The notes: a model not told the origin generated them from the sequence alone. A stretch of 64,000 nucleotides of DNA from Gemmatimonadaceae bacterium (GCA_045803545.1 JBJMOW010000004.1:480001-544000), one strand, 5' to 3'. Shown: positions 50,912 through 61,053, numbered from the stretch's first letter. Numbers and translations: made by a program.

Positions 50912-52011
50912 GCGTCGCTCCTGTGCCGCGCGCCGCGGAGAATGCTGCGCACTTCGGGTACCGCCATCGCGACGGCGAGAATCACCACGCCCTGCAAAAC
51001 GTCCATCATCTGCTTCGGTACGAACGCATGGATGGCGAGCCCGCCCTGTGACAGGGTCGCGAAGAAAAAGGCGGCGATGAGAACGCCAAAAGGATGGTTT
51101 CGTCCCACCAACGCGACGGCGATACCGAGGAATCCGGCGCCGCTCGCAAATCCATCTTCGTAGTAATGCTTGTAGCCGAGGACGTAGTTGATGCCGCCGA
51201 TGCCAGCAAGTACACCAGACCACGTCATCGCGCGCATCCATACTCGGCCGACACTGATGCCCCCGTACTCCGCGGCATCGGGTTGCAGCCCAACGGCGCG
51301 CAGCTCGTACCCGCCGCGCGCGCGAAACAGGTAGAACCAGACGGCGACCGCCGCGACAATCGCCACTATCAAGGAGAGATTAGCAGCCGAGCCGTGGAAA
51401 TCCGCATCGAGATTGGCAAGGCGAGGCAGGAAGCCGGCGTGAATCTCTGGTGTGTGCAGCGTCTCAGGCACGTGCAGATGTCCGGCGATGAACCAGTTGA
51501 GAAGCGCCAGCACGATGAAGTTGAGCATGATTGTCACGATCACTTCGTGCGCGCCAAATCTCGTTTTCAGATAACCTGGAACGGCGCCGACAACTCCCCC
51601 GGCGGCTCCGGCCGCAACGATGCAGATCGGCAGAGCGAGAATAAGCGGAGTTCCGATCGGGAGAACGAGACCGATCAGCGCAGCGGCGAATCCGCCCGCT
51701 GCGAGCTGACTCTCTCCTCCGATGTTGAACAATCCGGCGCGCAGGCCGAATGAGACGGCGAGTCCGGTGAAGGCGAGGGTCGTCGCTTTGTATAGAACCT
51801 GGCCGAATCCGTATGCATTGCCCCACGTCCCATCCAGCAGAAGGCGATAGACATTGGCCGGTGACTGACCATAGCTGAGGATAAGAAGGTCACCGCAGAC
51901 AAGCGCGATGAGCAGTGCGACGAATGGCGGTAACAGTGCTTCTTCGGCTCGCTCGCGCCACGGCGTCGAGGAGAAAGTCGGCGTGCCTCCAGGGAGAACC
52001 GACTCCGTCAC
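50908..52011 (-). CDS. ABC importer permease (nucleoside/CUT2-type)
   Basis: GLFNIGGESQ, EVIVTIMLN, GYELRAVG, GFLGIAVAL. Confidence 0.9.
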   Translation of the reverse strand: MTESVLPGGTPTFSSTPWRERAEEALLPPFVALLIALVCGDLLILSYGQSPANVYRLLLDGTWGNAYGFGQVLYKATTLAFTGLAVSFGLRAGLFNIGGESQLAAGGFAAALIGLVLPIGTPLILALPICIVAAGAAGGVVGAVPGYLKTRFGAHEVIVTIMLNFIVLALLNWFIAGHLHVPETLHTPEIHAGFLPRLANLDADFHGSAANLSLIVAIVAAVAVWFYLFRARGGYELRAVGLQPDAAEYGGISVGRVWMRAMTWSGVLAGIGGINYVLGYKHYYEDGFASGAGFLGIAVALVGRNHPFGVLIAAFFFATLSQGGLAIHAFVPKQMMDVLQGVVILAVAMAVPEVRSILRGARHRSDA

Positions 52012-53645
52012 GCGGCAGACCCTTTTCTGGTGCCGATCATGTACTCGCCGAGTGATTCCTCGGTTGCTTCGGCAGCGGGCATTACGACTGCGAATTTCCC
52101 GCGGTACATCACCGCGATGCGGTCAGACAGAGCGAGGACCTCGTTCAGCTCAGCGCTCACCAGCAGAATCGCTTTCTCCTTTGCGCGCGCTTCGAGCAGC
52201 TGTTGATGAATGAATTCGATCGCGCCGACGTCAACGCCACGCGTAGGCTGTGAAGCGAGCAACACCGAGAAGTCACGCCCCATCTCTCTCGCCACGACGA
52301 CCTTCTGCTGATTACCGCCGGAGAGGGCGCGGGCGGGAAGAATGGGATTCGGCGGACGAATGTCGAAGGAGCTTATCTCCCGCTGCGCATTGTCCATAAC
52401 CTGATCCTTGTCGATGATGCCGCGCTTCGAGAACGCGCGCTCGAGTCCGAGAATCAGGTTGTCACCGACCGTGTACTCGAGGATCAACCCACGACGGTGA
52501 CGGTCTTCAGGAATGTGTGACAGGCCGGCGTCGTGACGTTTGGCGACACTGCGTCGCGTCACGTCGACGCCATCGATCAGCACATCACCGGCGAAAACAG
52601 AACGCAAGCCTGCGATTGCTTCTATCAGCTCGGTCTGCCCATTTCCCTCGACTCCGGCAATCCCAAGTATCTCGCCGGGCTTTACGCTGAAGCTCACCTC
52701 ATCGACGACGCGAATTCCCCGGGAGCCCATCACGGTAAGGTTGCGCACCTCGAGCCCCTGATTGGGACGCGGACTTTCCGGGCGCGCCGTCGGTTGCACG
52801 CGCTTGCCAGCGGACAGTGAGACTTCGCGTCCGACCATAAGACGGGCGATCTCCGACGGATTGGTTTGCGCAGTTTTCAGGCGAGCAACCGTCTGGCCGG
52901 CGCGCATCACGGTGATGGTGTCCGACAAATCGACTACTTCGTCGAGTCGATGGGTGATCAGCACGATGGTGTCGCCGTTGTCGCGCAAACGACGCAGCAC
53001 TGCCCACAGCTCGCGTACCTCGGGCGGAGAAAGCACCGCCGTCGGCTCGTCGAGCACCAGAATCCTGGCGCCGCGGAAAAGCACCTTGAGGATCTCGACA
53101 CGCTGAGCCTCGCCGACGGACAGATCCGAAACCAGTCGATCGGGGGCAATGACGAGTCCTGTGTCGTTCGAGAGCTCACGGACGTCGTCGGCGGCGCGAG
53201 CGTAATTCATCATCACGCCCCTCGTCTTCGGCTCGCACCCCAGCACGAGATTCTCGGCGACGGTCAGTGTCGGAACGAGCATGAAGTGCTGGTGGACGAT
53301 GCCGATTCCGGCGGCGATCGCTTCGCTGGTCGACCAGCCGGTAACGTCCTTCCCGAAGATCTCGACCTTGCCGGCATCTGGTTTCGTAAGCCCACCGAGT
53401 ATGCGCATCAACGTCGATTTGCCAGCGCCGTTCTCGCCGACGAGAGCATGGATCTCGCCGGACATCACTTCGAGCGAAGCGCCGCGGTTCGCTTTGACGG
53501 AGCCGAATGTCTTTTCGATGGCATCCAGACGGATAGCGGGAGGCGGGAGGGGGGAGGCGAGAGGCGATGACGAGGACTTCGACTCGTTTCGCCGATCTGT
53601 CGCGCCTTCCATCGCCTCCCGCCTCCCGCCTCCCTCCTCCCTCAT
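52008..53645 (-). CDS. ABC importer ATP-binding subunit (double-domain)
   Basis: GENGAGKST, LDEPTAVL, LSGGNQQKV, QPTRGVDVGA; true start may be ATG 53612. Confidence 0.92.
   Translation of the reverse strand: MREEGGGRREAMEGATDRRNESKSSSSPLASPLPPPAIRLDAIEKTFGSVKANRGASLEVMSGEIHALVGENGAGKSTLMRILGGLTKPDAGKVEIFGKDVTGWSTSEAIAAGIGIVHQHFMLVPTLTVAENLVLGCEPKTRGVMMNYARAADDVRELSNDTGLVIAPDRLVSDLSVGEAQRVEILKVLFRGARILVLDEPTAVLSPPEVRELWAVLRRLRDNGDTIVLITHRLDEVVDLSDTITVMRAGQTVARLKTAQTNPSEIARLMVGREVSLSAGKRVQPTARPESPRPNQGLEVRNLTVMGSRGIRVVDEVSFSVKPGEILGIAGVEGNGQTELIEAIAGLRSVFAGDVLIDGVDVTRRSVAKRHDAGLSHIPEDRHRRGLILEYTVGDNLILGLERAFSKRGIIDKDQVMDNAQREISSFDIRPPNPILPARALSGGNQQKVVVAREMGRDFSVLLASQPTRGVDVGAIEFIHQQLLEARAKEKAILLVSAELNEVLALSDRIAVMYRGKFAVVMPAAEATEESLGEYMIGTRKGSAA
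53538..53641. repeat. Inverted pair of four-unit GGGAGGC heptamer arrays
   Basis: 53538-53565 GGGAGGC GGGAGGG GGGAGGC GAGAGGC; 53614-53641 GCCTCCC x3 plus TCCTCCC. Confidence 0.9.
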
Positions 53646-54679
53646 CTAGTGCTCGGAACCTTAATCCGTCCCGCGATTATCTCCTGCTTTAGCTCTTCGA
53701 CGCGGGCGCGGGCGCTGTCGGGAATGAGCGCACGGTTGCGATTGTCGTAGATGTACCCGACACCGCCTTCCTTCAACCCGAATGAGTAAATGCCGCCCTG
53801 GAAATTGCCGTTCTCAACTCGGCGAATCACATCGAACGTCGCTGTGTTCACTCCTTTCACCATCGATGTCAGGACGTGACCGGGCGCTTCATCGTTCTGA
53901 TCTGAATCGACGCCAATGGCGAGCTTGTTCGTGGCGCGTGCTGCTTCGAATACTCCCTGTCCCGTCGCACCGGCAGCGTGGAAGATCACTTCGACGCCCT
54001 GATTGTACTGACTTAGCGCCAGCTCCTTTCCCTTGCCGGGATTCTTGAATGCATCCGGTGTCACGCCGGCGTATTGAGCGATGATCTGACAGTTTGGGCA
54101 AACTTTCAGCACACCGGCGCGGTAGCCCGCCTCGAATTTGTGAATCAGCGGAATGTCCATTCCGCCGACGAATCCGATTTTCCTGTTGTGGCTGACGAGA
54201 GCAGCCAGTGCGCCGACGAGATAAGAACCTTCTTCTTCTCGAAACTTGAGAGCGGCGACGTTCGGCGGCGGTGGTATGACCTTGCCGGTACTGTCGGTCG
54301 CCAGCGCGTAGTCGATACCGGCGAAGGCTGTCTTCGGATACTCCTTAGCGAGGTTCGCGAGATCGTCGGTGAAAATGAAGCCAACGCCGATGACGAGGTT
54401 CATTCCTTCGGCAGCGAGCAGTCTCAACCCGGCTTCACGATCGGCGCCTTCCCCGGGCTCGATGAAGCGGACGTTGGAGCCGAGCATTTTGGTCGCGCTG
54501 TCGGCGCCGGCGTAGGCGCCATCGTTGAAGGACTTGTCGCCTCGCCCCCCGACGTCCAGCACGATACCGATTTGGACTTTCGAATTTTGTTTCCCCTCTG
54601 CCTGGGCGCTCCGTCGTGTGAAAAGGAGGGCGATGTGAACGGCGAGGAAGAGGGAGGTGACGACGATCAGCTTTCTCAT
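53642..54679 (-). CDS. BMP-family ABC substrate-binding protein (PnrA/TmpC-like)
   Basis: GGRGDKSFN, FREEEGSYLVG, GFVGGMDIP, IGVDSDQ, LTSMVK; start at ATG 54679. Confidence 0.9.
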   Translation of the reverse strand: MRKLIVVTSLFLAVHIALLFTRRSAQAEGKQNSKVQIGIVLDVGGRGDKSFNDGAYAGADSATKMLGSNVRFIEPGEGADREAGLRLLAAEGMNLVIGVGFIFTDDLANLAKEYPKTAFAGIDYALATDSTGKVIPPPPNVAALKFREEEGSYLVGALAALVSHNRKIGFVGGMDIPLIHKFEAGYRAGVLKVCPNCQIIAQYAGVTPDAFKNPGKGKELALSQYNQGVEVIFHAAGATGQGVFEAARATNKLAIGVDSDQNDEAPGHVLTSMVKGVNTATFDVIRRVENGNFQGGIYSFGLKEGGVGYIYDNRNRALIPDSARARVEELKQEIIAGRIKVPSTR

Positions 54680-54776
54680 CTGTTGAGAAGAATCGCCCGA
54701 AACACAAGCGCGTGCAAGACAATCGGCCGCTGACAACCCCTTCAAAAGGCATCCTCCCACGCGTTGATTTCACTGC

Positions 54777-56288
54777 ATGGCAGAGCGAGTACGAACGCGC
54801 TTTTTGGTAGTGGGTAGTGGCGTTGCCGGGCTTCACACCGCCTGGCGCGCTTCGACTGGTGGCGACGTCGTGGTGCTGACAAAACGCTCGCTCTTCGACA
54901 GCGCTACAGCGTACGCGCAGGGCGGAATCGCCGCCGCACTCGGCGCTGGAGACTCGCCCGAGCTGCATCGTCAGGATACTCTGGCGGCCGGTGCGGCGCT
55001 CTGTGACTCGAAGGCCGTCGAAGTTCTGGTTGAAGAAGGACCGGCGCGCGTGCGGGAGCTGGCGACAGCCGGCGCCCACTTCGACCTCGAGCCCGGCGGC
55101 AACTTCAAGCTTGGCCGTGAAGCCGCACACTCGCGTCGTCGCATCGTTCATGCGCACGGCGATCAGACCGGCGCCGAGGTGGCGCGCACTCTGATCAAGC
55201 GCGTCAAGGAGAGCGACGACATCGAGGTATACGAGAAGACTCGCATTCTCGAACTCATCGTCGAGGGTGATGCAGTTGCTGGCGTGCGCGCGGCGGTCGC
55301 GGGGAAGCCAGTCGAATTCATTGCAGACGCCACCGTGCTCGCAACCGGTGGCTGTGGTCAGGTATTCCGCTACACCACCAATCCGCAGGTTGCTACCGGT
55401 GACGGATTCGCGATCGCGCATCGCGCGGGCGTGAAGCTCGCCGACATGGAGTTCGTACAGTTCCATCCGACGGCTCTCGACACTCCTGAGAATCCGCTGC
55501 AGCTAATCTCCGAGGCAGTACGTGGCGAAGGTGCGATTCTGATCAACGACGAAGGAAAGCGCTTCATGCTCGAGAAGCACCGCCTCGCCGAGCTTGCACC
55601 GCGGGACGTTGTCGCGCGCGAAATCTTCCGGGAGAAGATCGGTGGAAAGCATGTCTGGCTGGACGCGCGCTCACTCGGAAAGAACTTCGAGCAGCGCTTT
55701 CCGGGAATCTTCGCCATCTGCAGGGCGCGCGGCGTAAATCCGTCGACAGATCTGATCCCGGTCACCCCCGCAGCGCATTACATGATGGGCGGTATCGTCA
55801 CTGACCTGCGTGGGCGCGCGAGTCTGAATCGGTTGTATGCAGCGGGTGAGGTGTCTCGCACGGGCGTGCACGGCGCGAACAGACTGGCGTCGAACTCTTT
55901 GCTGGAAGGCCTGGTGTTCGCCGAGCGTGTGGCGCGTGACATGATCGATTGCCCGACGCTTCAGGCATCCCCACGCAAGAAAAAATGGGAAGTGCCGGTG
56001 CTGCGTGATCGCGGAGCGGCGCAGGTCGCCGCCGACAGCATCCGCCAGGTGATGTGGGACCACTGCGGCATCGATCGCAGCGCGAAGGGACTAAGGTTGG
56101 GGCTGACCAAGCTTCAGGAAATCGAATCGCGGCTGCCGACGGGCGCGACCGAAGAAGCCAACATGGTGCAGACCGCTCGGCTCATTGCCGAAGCCGCCCT
56201 GTTGAGAAAGGAGTCGCGGGGCGGCCATTATAGAAGTGATTTCCCGCGCGCCAAAAGGAAGTGGAGCGGCAAGCACATCGAATGGTAG
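54777..56288 (+). CDS. nadB: L-aspartate oxidase
   Basis: GSGVAG, AQGGIAA, EAAHSRRRIVH, QFHPT, GVHGANRLASNSLLE, ESRGGH; adjacent to nadA and nadC. Confidence 0.95.
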   Translation: MAERVRTRFLVVGSGVAGLHTAWRASTGGDVVVLTKRSLFDSATAYAQGGIAAALGAGDSPELHRQDTLAAGAALCDSKAVEVLVEEGPARVRELATAGAHFDLEPGGNFKLGREAAHSRRRIVHAHGDQTGAEVARTLIKRVKESDDIEVYEKTRILELIVEGDAVAGVRAAVAGKPVEFIADATVLATGGCGQVFRYTTNPQVATGDGFAIAHRAGVKLADMEFVQFHPTALDTPENPLQLISEAVRGEGAILINDEGKRFMLEKHRLAELAPRDVVAREIFREKIGGKHVWLDARSLGKNFEQRFPGIFAICRARGVNPSTDLIPVTPAAHYMMGGIVTDLRGRASLNRLYAAGEVSRTGVHGANRLASNSLLEGLVFAERVARDMIDCPTLQASPRKKKWEVPVLRDRGAAQVAADSIRQVMWDHCGIDRSAKGLRLGLTKLQEIESRLPTGATEEANMVQTARLIAEAALLRKESRGGHYRSDFPRAKRKWSGKHIEW

Positions 56289-57298
56289 ATACCACGGACA
56301 AGCTGTACAAAGAACTGCAGGAAGAGATCAAGCACCTCGCGCGCGCGAGAAACGCGGTCATCCTGGCGCACAACTACGAGCGCGCGGAGGTGCAGGATGT
56401 CGCCGACTTTGTCGGCGACTCGCTGGGGCTGAGCCGCGAAGCCGCAAAGACAGAAGCCGATGTCATCGTGTTCTGTGGCGTACACTTCATGGCAGAAACC
56501 GCCGCGGTGTTGTCTCCGCAGAAGACAGTTCTTCTGCCCGATCTTGCTGCCGGCTGTTCGCTTGCAGCGACGATCGATGGTGATCAGCTGCGGCAGTGGA
56601 AGTCTGAGCATCCCGGTGCAGTCGTCGTTTCTTATGTCAACACGACTGCTGACGTGAAAGCGGAGAGTGATTATTGCTGCACGTCCGGCAACGCGGTGGA
56701 AGTCGTGAACTCCATTCCTGCCAATCAGGAGGTCCTCTTTCTTCCTGACATGTTCCTCGGCGCGCACGTGAGACGCATCACAGGCCGCAAGAACATGCAC
56801 GTGTGGATGGGTGAGTGTCACGTTCACGCTGGGATCGATCCGGAGGACATTCGGTTGCAGCGCGCCGAGCATCCGGGCGCGGAGTTTCTGATTCATCCGG
56901 AGTGCGGCTGCGCGACGAGCGTGGTGGAGGCGGTGTCGGCCGGCGACGTGGATCCGGTTGGGGTTCAGATCCTGTCGACCGAAGGGATGATCAAGCGACC
57001 GAAGATATCGACAAATGACGAGTTCATCGTCGCCACAGAGGTCGGGATTCTGCACCGGCTGCGCCGTGAGAATCCGACCAAGAAATTCCATCCGGCAAAT
57101 CGTGAGGCGGTCTGCGCGTTCATGAAGGTGACGACGCTGCCTAAAGTATTGAGATCGCTGCAGCGGATGGAGCATCGGATCACTGTGCCGGAGGATATCG
57201 CCAATCGGGCGCGCGGAGCGATCGAGCGCATGATCGCGATTGGTGGACAGACGCCGCTCTCGCCGGTTCCAGAGGCGTCGGACGACCCGGGCGAATGA
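56282..57298 (+). CDS. nadA: Quinolinate synthase
   Basis: LAHNY, GDSL, CGVHFMAET, GCSLA, CHVH, HPEC; start at ATG 56282. Confidence 0.95.
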   Translation: MVDTTDKLYKELQEEIKHLARARNAVILAHNYERAEVQDVADFVGDSLGLSREAAKTEADVIVFCGVHFMAETAAVLSPQKTVLLPDLAAGCSLAATIDGDQLRQWKSEHPGAVVVSYVNTTADVKAESDYCCTSGNAVEVVNSIPANQEVLFLPDMFLGAHVRRITGRKNMHVWMGECHVHAGIDPEDIRLQRAEHPGAEFLIHPECGCATSVVEAVSAGDVDPVGVQILSTEGMIKRPKISTNDEFIVATEVGILHRLRRENPTKKFHPANREAVCAFMKVTTLPKVLRSLQRMEHRITVPEDIANRARGAIERMIAIGGQTPLSPVPEASDDPGE

Positions 57299-58197
57299 CC
57301 ATTCATCGTGACAAGGAGTTAGCCAAGCACGGATTCTTCTGGGAAGAAGGGCTTCACTTCCCCTTGACCAAAAAAGAGCTGACTAAGCTCGTAGCGCAGG
57401 CGCTGCAGGAAGACGACACCAAGCACGACATAACGACGGCGGCGACGGTGTTGTCGAATCGCCGAGCCCGGTGTCGGCTGGTGTCGCGACCGAGCGGAGT
57501 GATATCGGGTCTGCCGTTGGCAATAGAGGCGTTCGAGCAGCTGGACCCCGCGGTGACGGTGCGAGTAGACCATCCGGATGGGTCGCGGATCCCGGCGCAG
57601 ACGCCGGTGATGTTTCTGTCAGGGCACGCACGCGCGTTGCTATCGGCCGAGCGTGTAGCCCTCAACTTCGTGCAGAAGCTGTCGGGGATTGCGACGATGA
57701 CTGCGCGTTATGTCGACGCCGTAGCCGGCACCGGCGCGTACATTCTCGACACGCGCAAGACGACGCCGTTGTATCGTCACCTCGAGAAGTATGCAGTTCG
57801 CTGCGGCGGCGGATTGAACCACCGCATGGACCTGGCGTCTTCGGTATTGATCAAGGACAATCACCTGGCGACGGTGGAATACGACATTTTACTGGCAGTC
57901 CGACGCGCGAGAGCGCTGGCGCCGGCGGGGGTGAAGGTCGAAGTGGAGTGTGAGACGCTCGATCACGTTCGGGCAGCGCTCGATGCCGGCGTCGACGTGA
58001 TCATGTTCGACAACATGCAGCTGGTTGAGCTGCGCGAGGCGGTAAAGCTCGTAAATCGCCAGGCGGTCACGGAGGCGTCGGGCGGTGTCACACTGGATAC
58101 TGTGCGGCTGATTGCGGAGACTGGTGTCGACTGGATCTCGATTGGGGCACTGACGCACTCTTCGCCGGCTTTGAATGTCGGGTTGGACTTCGATTAG
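57295..58197 (+). CDS. nadC: Quinolinate phosphoribosyltransferase
   Basis: DITT, ERVALNF, DTRKTTP, LIKDNH, EVECE, EASGG, GALTHS. Confidence 0.96.
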   Translation: MTIHRDKELAKHGFFWEEGLHFPLTKKELTKLVAQALQEDDTKHDITTAATVLSNRRARCRLVSRPSGVISGLPLAIEAFEQLDPAVTVRVDHPDGSRIPAQTPVMFLSGHARALLSAERVALNFVQKLSGIATMTARYVDAVAGTGAYILDTRKTTPLYRHLEKYAVRCGGGLNHRMDLASSVLIKDNHLATVEYDILLAVRRARALAPAGVKVEVECETLDHVRAALDAGVDVIMFDNMQLVELREAVKLVNRQAVTEASGGVTLDTVRLIAETGVDWISIGALTHSSPALNVGLDFD

Positions 58198-58313
58198 GGC
58201 TGCGGACTAACAAACGGTAGGCGTCGCAGAAAGAACTCATAAGGACAGTTGGCAGCGTAGGAATGAAGGCTGAGAGTTTCATCTACCACGCCCACCCAGT
58301 GGAGTGAACGACA

Positions 58314-59951
58314 ATGGATCGTAGGGATTTCTTGCGGCTTAGCGCGGTCGGCGCTGCGCTCGGAGTCGGCGGCGTGCCGCTCGTCGGTGAACAATCTCGG
58401 TTTGGCTCGAGAACCGGCGAAGCGACGGGTTTCAACATCGCCGCGTTCGAGCTGGAAGAGGCGACGCTTGACGATCTGCAGAAGTGGATGGCGTCGGGGA
58501 GGATGACGTCGCGATCGATCACTCAGCTCTACCTGAATCGCATCGCGGCTCTGGATCGCAAAGGTCCGTCGCTCCACCACGTGATCGAGGTCAATCCCGA
58601 TGCGTTGTCGATTGCGGCATCGCTCGACCGCGAGCGTAAAGCGGGTCATGTGCGCGGGCCGCTGCACGGGATACCGGTTCTGGTCAAGGACAACGTCGAC
58701 ACCGCGGATCGGATGACGACGACAGCGGGATCACTGGCGCTGGCGGGCTCCATTCCTCTGCAGGATTCGACAGTTGCGGCGAAGCTCCGCGCAGCTGGCG
58801 TAGTGCTGCTCGGCAAAACGAACCTCAGCGAGTGGGCTAACTTCCGTTCGTCGCACTCGACCAGCGGATGGAGCGGTCGCGGCGGTCAGGCGAAGAATCC
58901 CTATGTGCTCGATCGCAATCCCTGCGGCTCGAGCTCTGGATCCGGGGGAGCCGTTTCCGCAAATCTCTGTGCAGTTGCAATCGGCACCGAGACCGATGGG
59001 TCGATCGTTTGTCCCTCGTCGACGAATGGGATCGTCGGTATCAAGCCCACTTTGGGGCTGGCCAGTCGGGCCGGAGTGATACCAATTGCCCACAGCCAGG
59101 ACACCGCCGGCCCGATGGCGAGAACGGTGCGCGATGCCGCGATTTTGTTGAACGCAATTGCCGGCGTCGACGCGCGCGACCCGGCAACTTCGGCACTGAG
59201 CGCGCGCCAGCCGGTTGACTACACCCGCTCGCTCGACGCGAATGGCCTCCGCGGCGCGAGAATTGGTGTGGCGCGCACCAAGTTCTTTGGCTACAGCGAC
59301 GTCACCGACAAAGTCATCAACGACGCAATCGATCTGATGAAGCGACAGGGCGCGGTGATCGTCGACCCGGCGAACATTGAGACCGCAGGGAAGTTCGATG
59401 ACAGCGAGTTCGACGTCCTGCTCTACGAGTTCAAGGCGGATCTGAACAACTATCTCGCGTCACTTGGCCCAAAAGCGCCGGTGAAATCGCTACAGGATAT
59501 CATTGCGTTCAACGAGGCGCACAAGGACCAGGAGATGCCCTGGTTCGGACAGGAGATCATGATCCAGGCGCAGGCGAAGGGACCGCTAACCGAGCAGAAG
59601 TACATCGACGAGCTGGCGCAGGATCTCAAGATGTCGCGCACCGATGGTATCGATGCGACTATGACCAAGTACAATCTCGATGCGATCGTCGCGCCGACCG
59701 GTGGGCCGGCGTGGGTGACGGATCTGGTCAACGGCGATCACTTCAGCGGCGCTAGCTCGACACCCGCGGCGGTGGCGGGTTATCCCAACATCAATGTCCC
59801 GGCAGGATTCTCACACGAACTGCCGATCGGGATTTCGTTTTTTGGGAGAGCGTGGAGTGAGCCGACGTTAATTCGGCTCGCTTATGCGTTTGAGCAGGCG
59901 AGCAGACATCGTCGAGCGCCAAAGTTCATTCCTACACTAGGGATATCGTAG
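58314..59951 (+). CDS. Amidase-signature family enzyme with Tat signal peptide
   Basis: DRRDFLR twin-arginine motif, GPLHGIPVLVKD, GSSSGS, GTETDGSI. Confidence 0.92.
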   Translation: MDRRDFLRLSAVGAALGVGGVPLVGEQSRFGSRTGEATGFNIAAFELEEATLDDLQKWMASGRMTSRSITQLYLNRIAALDRKGPSLHHVIEVNPDALSIAASLDRERKAGHVRGPLHGIPVLVKDNVDTADRMTTTAGSLALAGSIPLQDSTVAAKLRAAGVVLLGKTNLSEWANFRSSHSTSGWSGRGGQAKNPYVLDRNPCGSSSGSGGAVSANLCAVAIGTETDGSIVCPSSTNGIVGIKPTLGLASRAGVIPIAHSQDTAGPMARTVRDAAILLNAIAGVDARDPATSALSARQPVDYTRSLDANGLRGARIGVARTKFFGYSDVTDKVINDAIDLMKRQGAVIVDPANIETAGKFDDSEFDVLLYEFKADLNNYLASLGPKAPVKSLQDIIAFNEAHKDQEMPWFGQEIMIQAQAKGPLTEQKYIDELAQDLKMSRTDGIDATMTKYNLDAIVAPTGGPAWVTDLVNGDHFSGASSTPAAVAGYPNINVPAGFSHELPIGISFFGRAWSEPTLIRLAYAFEQASRHRRAPKFIPTLGIS

Positions 59952-59954
59952 GAT

Positions 59955-60074
59955 GAGTCCGAGTTGCGAGCTGAGTCCGAGATGCGAACCTAGTCCGAGG
60001 TACGAGCCAACTACGAGCGTCGCTCGCAACTCGTAATAGGCTCGGTCTTCGGACTTAGATCGTAACTCGGACTC
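59955..60074. repeat. Imperfect palindromic element built from 18-bp units
   Basis: Three direct units (GAGTCCGAGTTGCGAGCT-like), a central hairpin and two inverted units. Confidence 0.8.
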
Positions 60075-60092
60075 GATCTACTCCCAGATCAA

Positions 60093-60941
60093 CTAACGCG
60101 TCGCCGCCTGTACGATACTCGCGGCCAACACCTTGCCCGCTTTGGACAGCGTGTATTGCACTATGGCATTCGTCGCGGCATCGCGCGCGCGTTTGACGAG
60201 ATTGCCGGCGGCATCGGTGGCCTGACTAAGCACTGGTAGCTGAGTGATGTTGCCGACGACTTTCTCGGCGGCGTTCTGGCCGGCGGCGGTGACTGCCTTC
60301 TCGAGAATGTTACCGGTGGCGGGATCGATCAGGCGCTGAACGCCATTGACGGTTCCCATCAGCAATCGATTCACCAGTCCACCGACGGCACCAACGGTGT
60401 TCTGCAACGTGCTGCCGAGTTGCTGCACGATCTCGGGATGGTTGTCGAGGAAAGTCAGCGTGTTATCGACGATGTAGTAGACGTCGTCGAGATCGACGAG
60501 CAGCAGAGCCTGCGCGCGCACACCCTGAATTGTCAGATCGACATTGCCGATCAGAACGTCGGCGCCCGCATCGACGCGCACGAGATTGGCGACCCGCGCG
60601 TTGAGATTGAGCTTCGCCGTCACGCTATCGACTTTGAGAAAGATTCTCTGGACACAGAGATTCGGAATGTCGAGCACCACGTCGTATTCCGGATACTCGT
60701 GTGAGCGCCCAGTTCCACCGGTGACCTGCGCAGCGCCGGCAACGCCGCCCGCGGCTCGCTGCGCAGCGAGACTGTCAACACGTAATCCTCTATTGAACGC
60801 GCGCGCGGAGTCGGTCGGCTGACACTGCCATGGTTGTCCGGCGCCTGGTCGCGTCGCAGTTCGCTGTTGCGCGAAAGTGATCGACGGGGCCAGTGCTGCT
60901 ACTGTCAGCACTGAGGTGACGACACGCGTGGTGGTGCGCAT
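60093..60941 (-). CDS. Secreted hypothetical protein A (long beta-hairpin module plus C-terminal domain)
   Basis: GAGG RBS and signal peptide ending TFA-Q; paralogous to 62202-62663. Confidence 0.85.
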   Translation of the reverse strand: MRTTTRVVTSVLTVAALAPSITFAQQRTATRPGAGQPWQCQPTDSARAFNRGLRVDSLAAQRAAGGVAGAAQVTGGTGRSHEYPEYDVVLDIPNLCVQRIFLKVDSVTAKLNLNARVANLVRVDAGADVLIGNVDLTIQGVRAQALLLVDLDDVYYIVDNTLTFLDNHPEIVQQLGSTLQNTVGAVGGLVNRLLMGTVNGVQRLIDPATGNILEKAVTAAGQNAAEKVVGNITQLPVLSQATDAAGNLVKRARDAATNAIVQYTLSKAGKVLAASIVQAATR

Positions 60942-61012
60942 ATGCAGATCCTCTGGACGGAACGACGCCGGACTCGTCTCACATCACAACCCGACTAACG
61001 TCGAATGCGAAT

Positions 61013-61053
61013 TGCAAAAAGCTCGCCCGACCGGTGTAAGGCACGGATGTTGA
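61013..61053. promoter_or_regulatory. Back-to-back sigma54-like elements
   Basis: Minus strand GGGCGAGCTTTTTGCA (61028-61013, GG-N10-GC); plus strand AGGCACGGATGTTGA (61039-61053, GG-N10-GA). Confidence 0.45.

Noticed and set aside
54680..54776. NAD-related riboswitch or operator upstream of nadB
   Set aside because: Only 97 bp shared with a divergent gene, and I see no convincing structure or palindrome.
58314..59951. Amidase as part of NAD salvage
   Set aside because: It is a Tat-exported amidase-signature enzyme, unrelated to isochorismatase-family nicotinamidase, and is separated from nadC by 116 bp.
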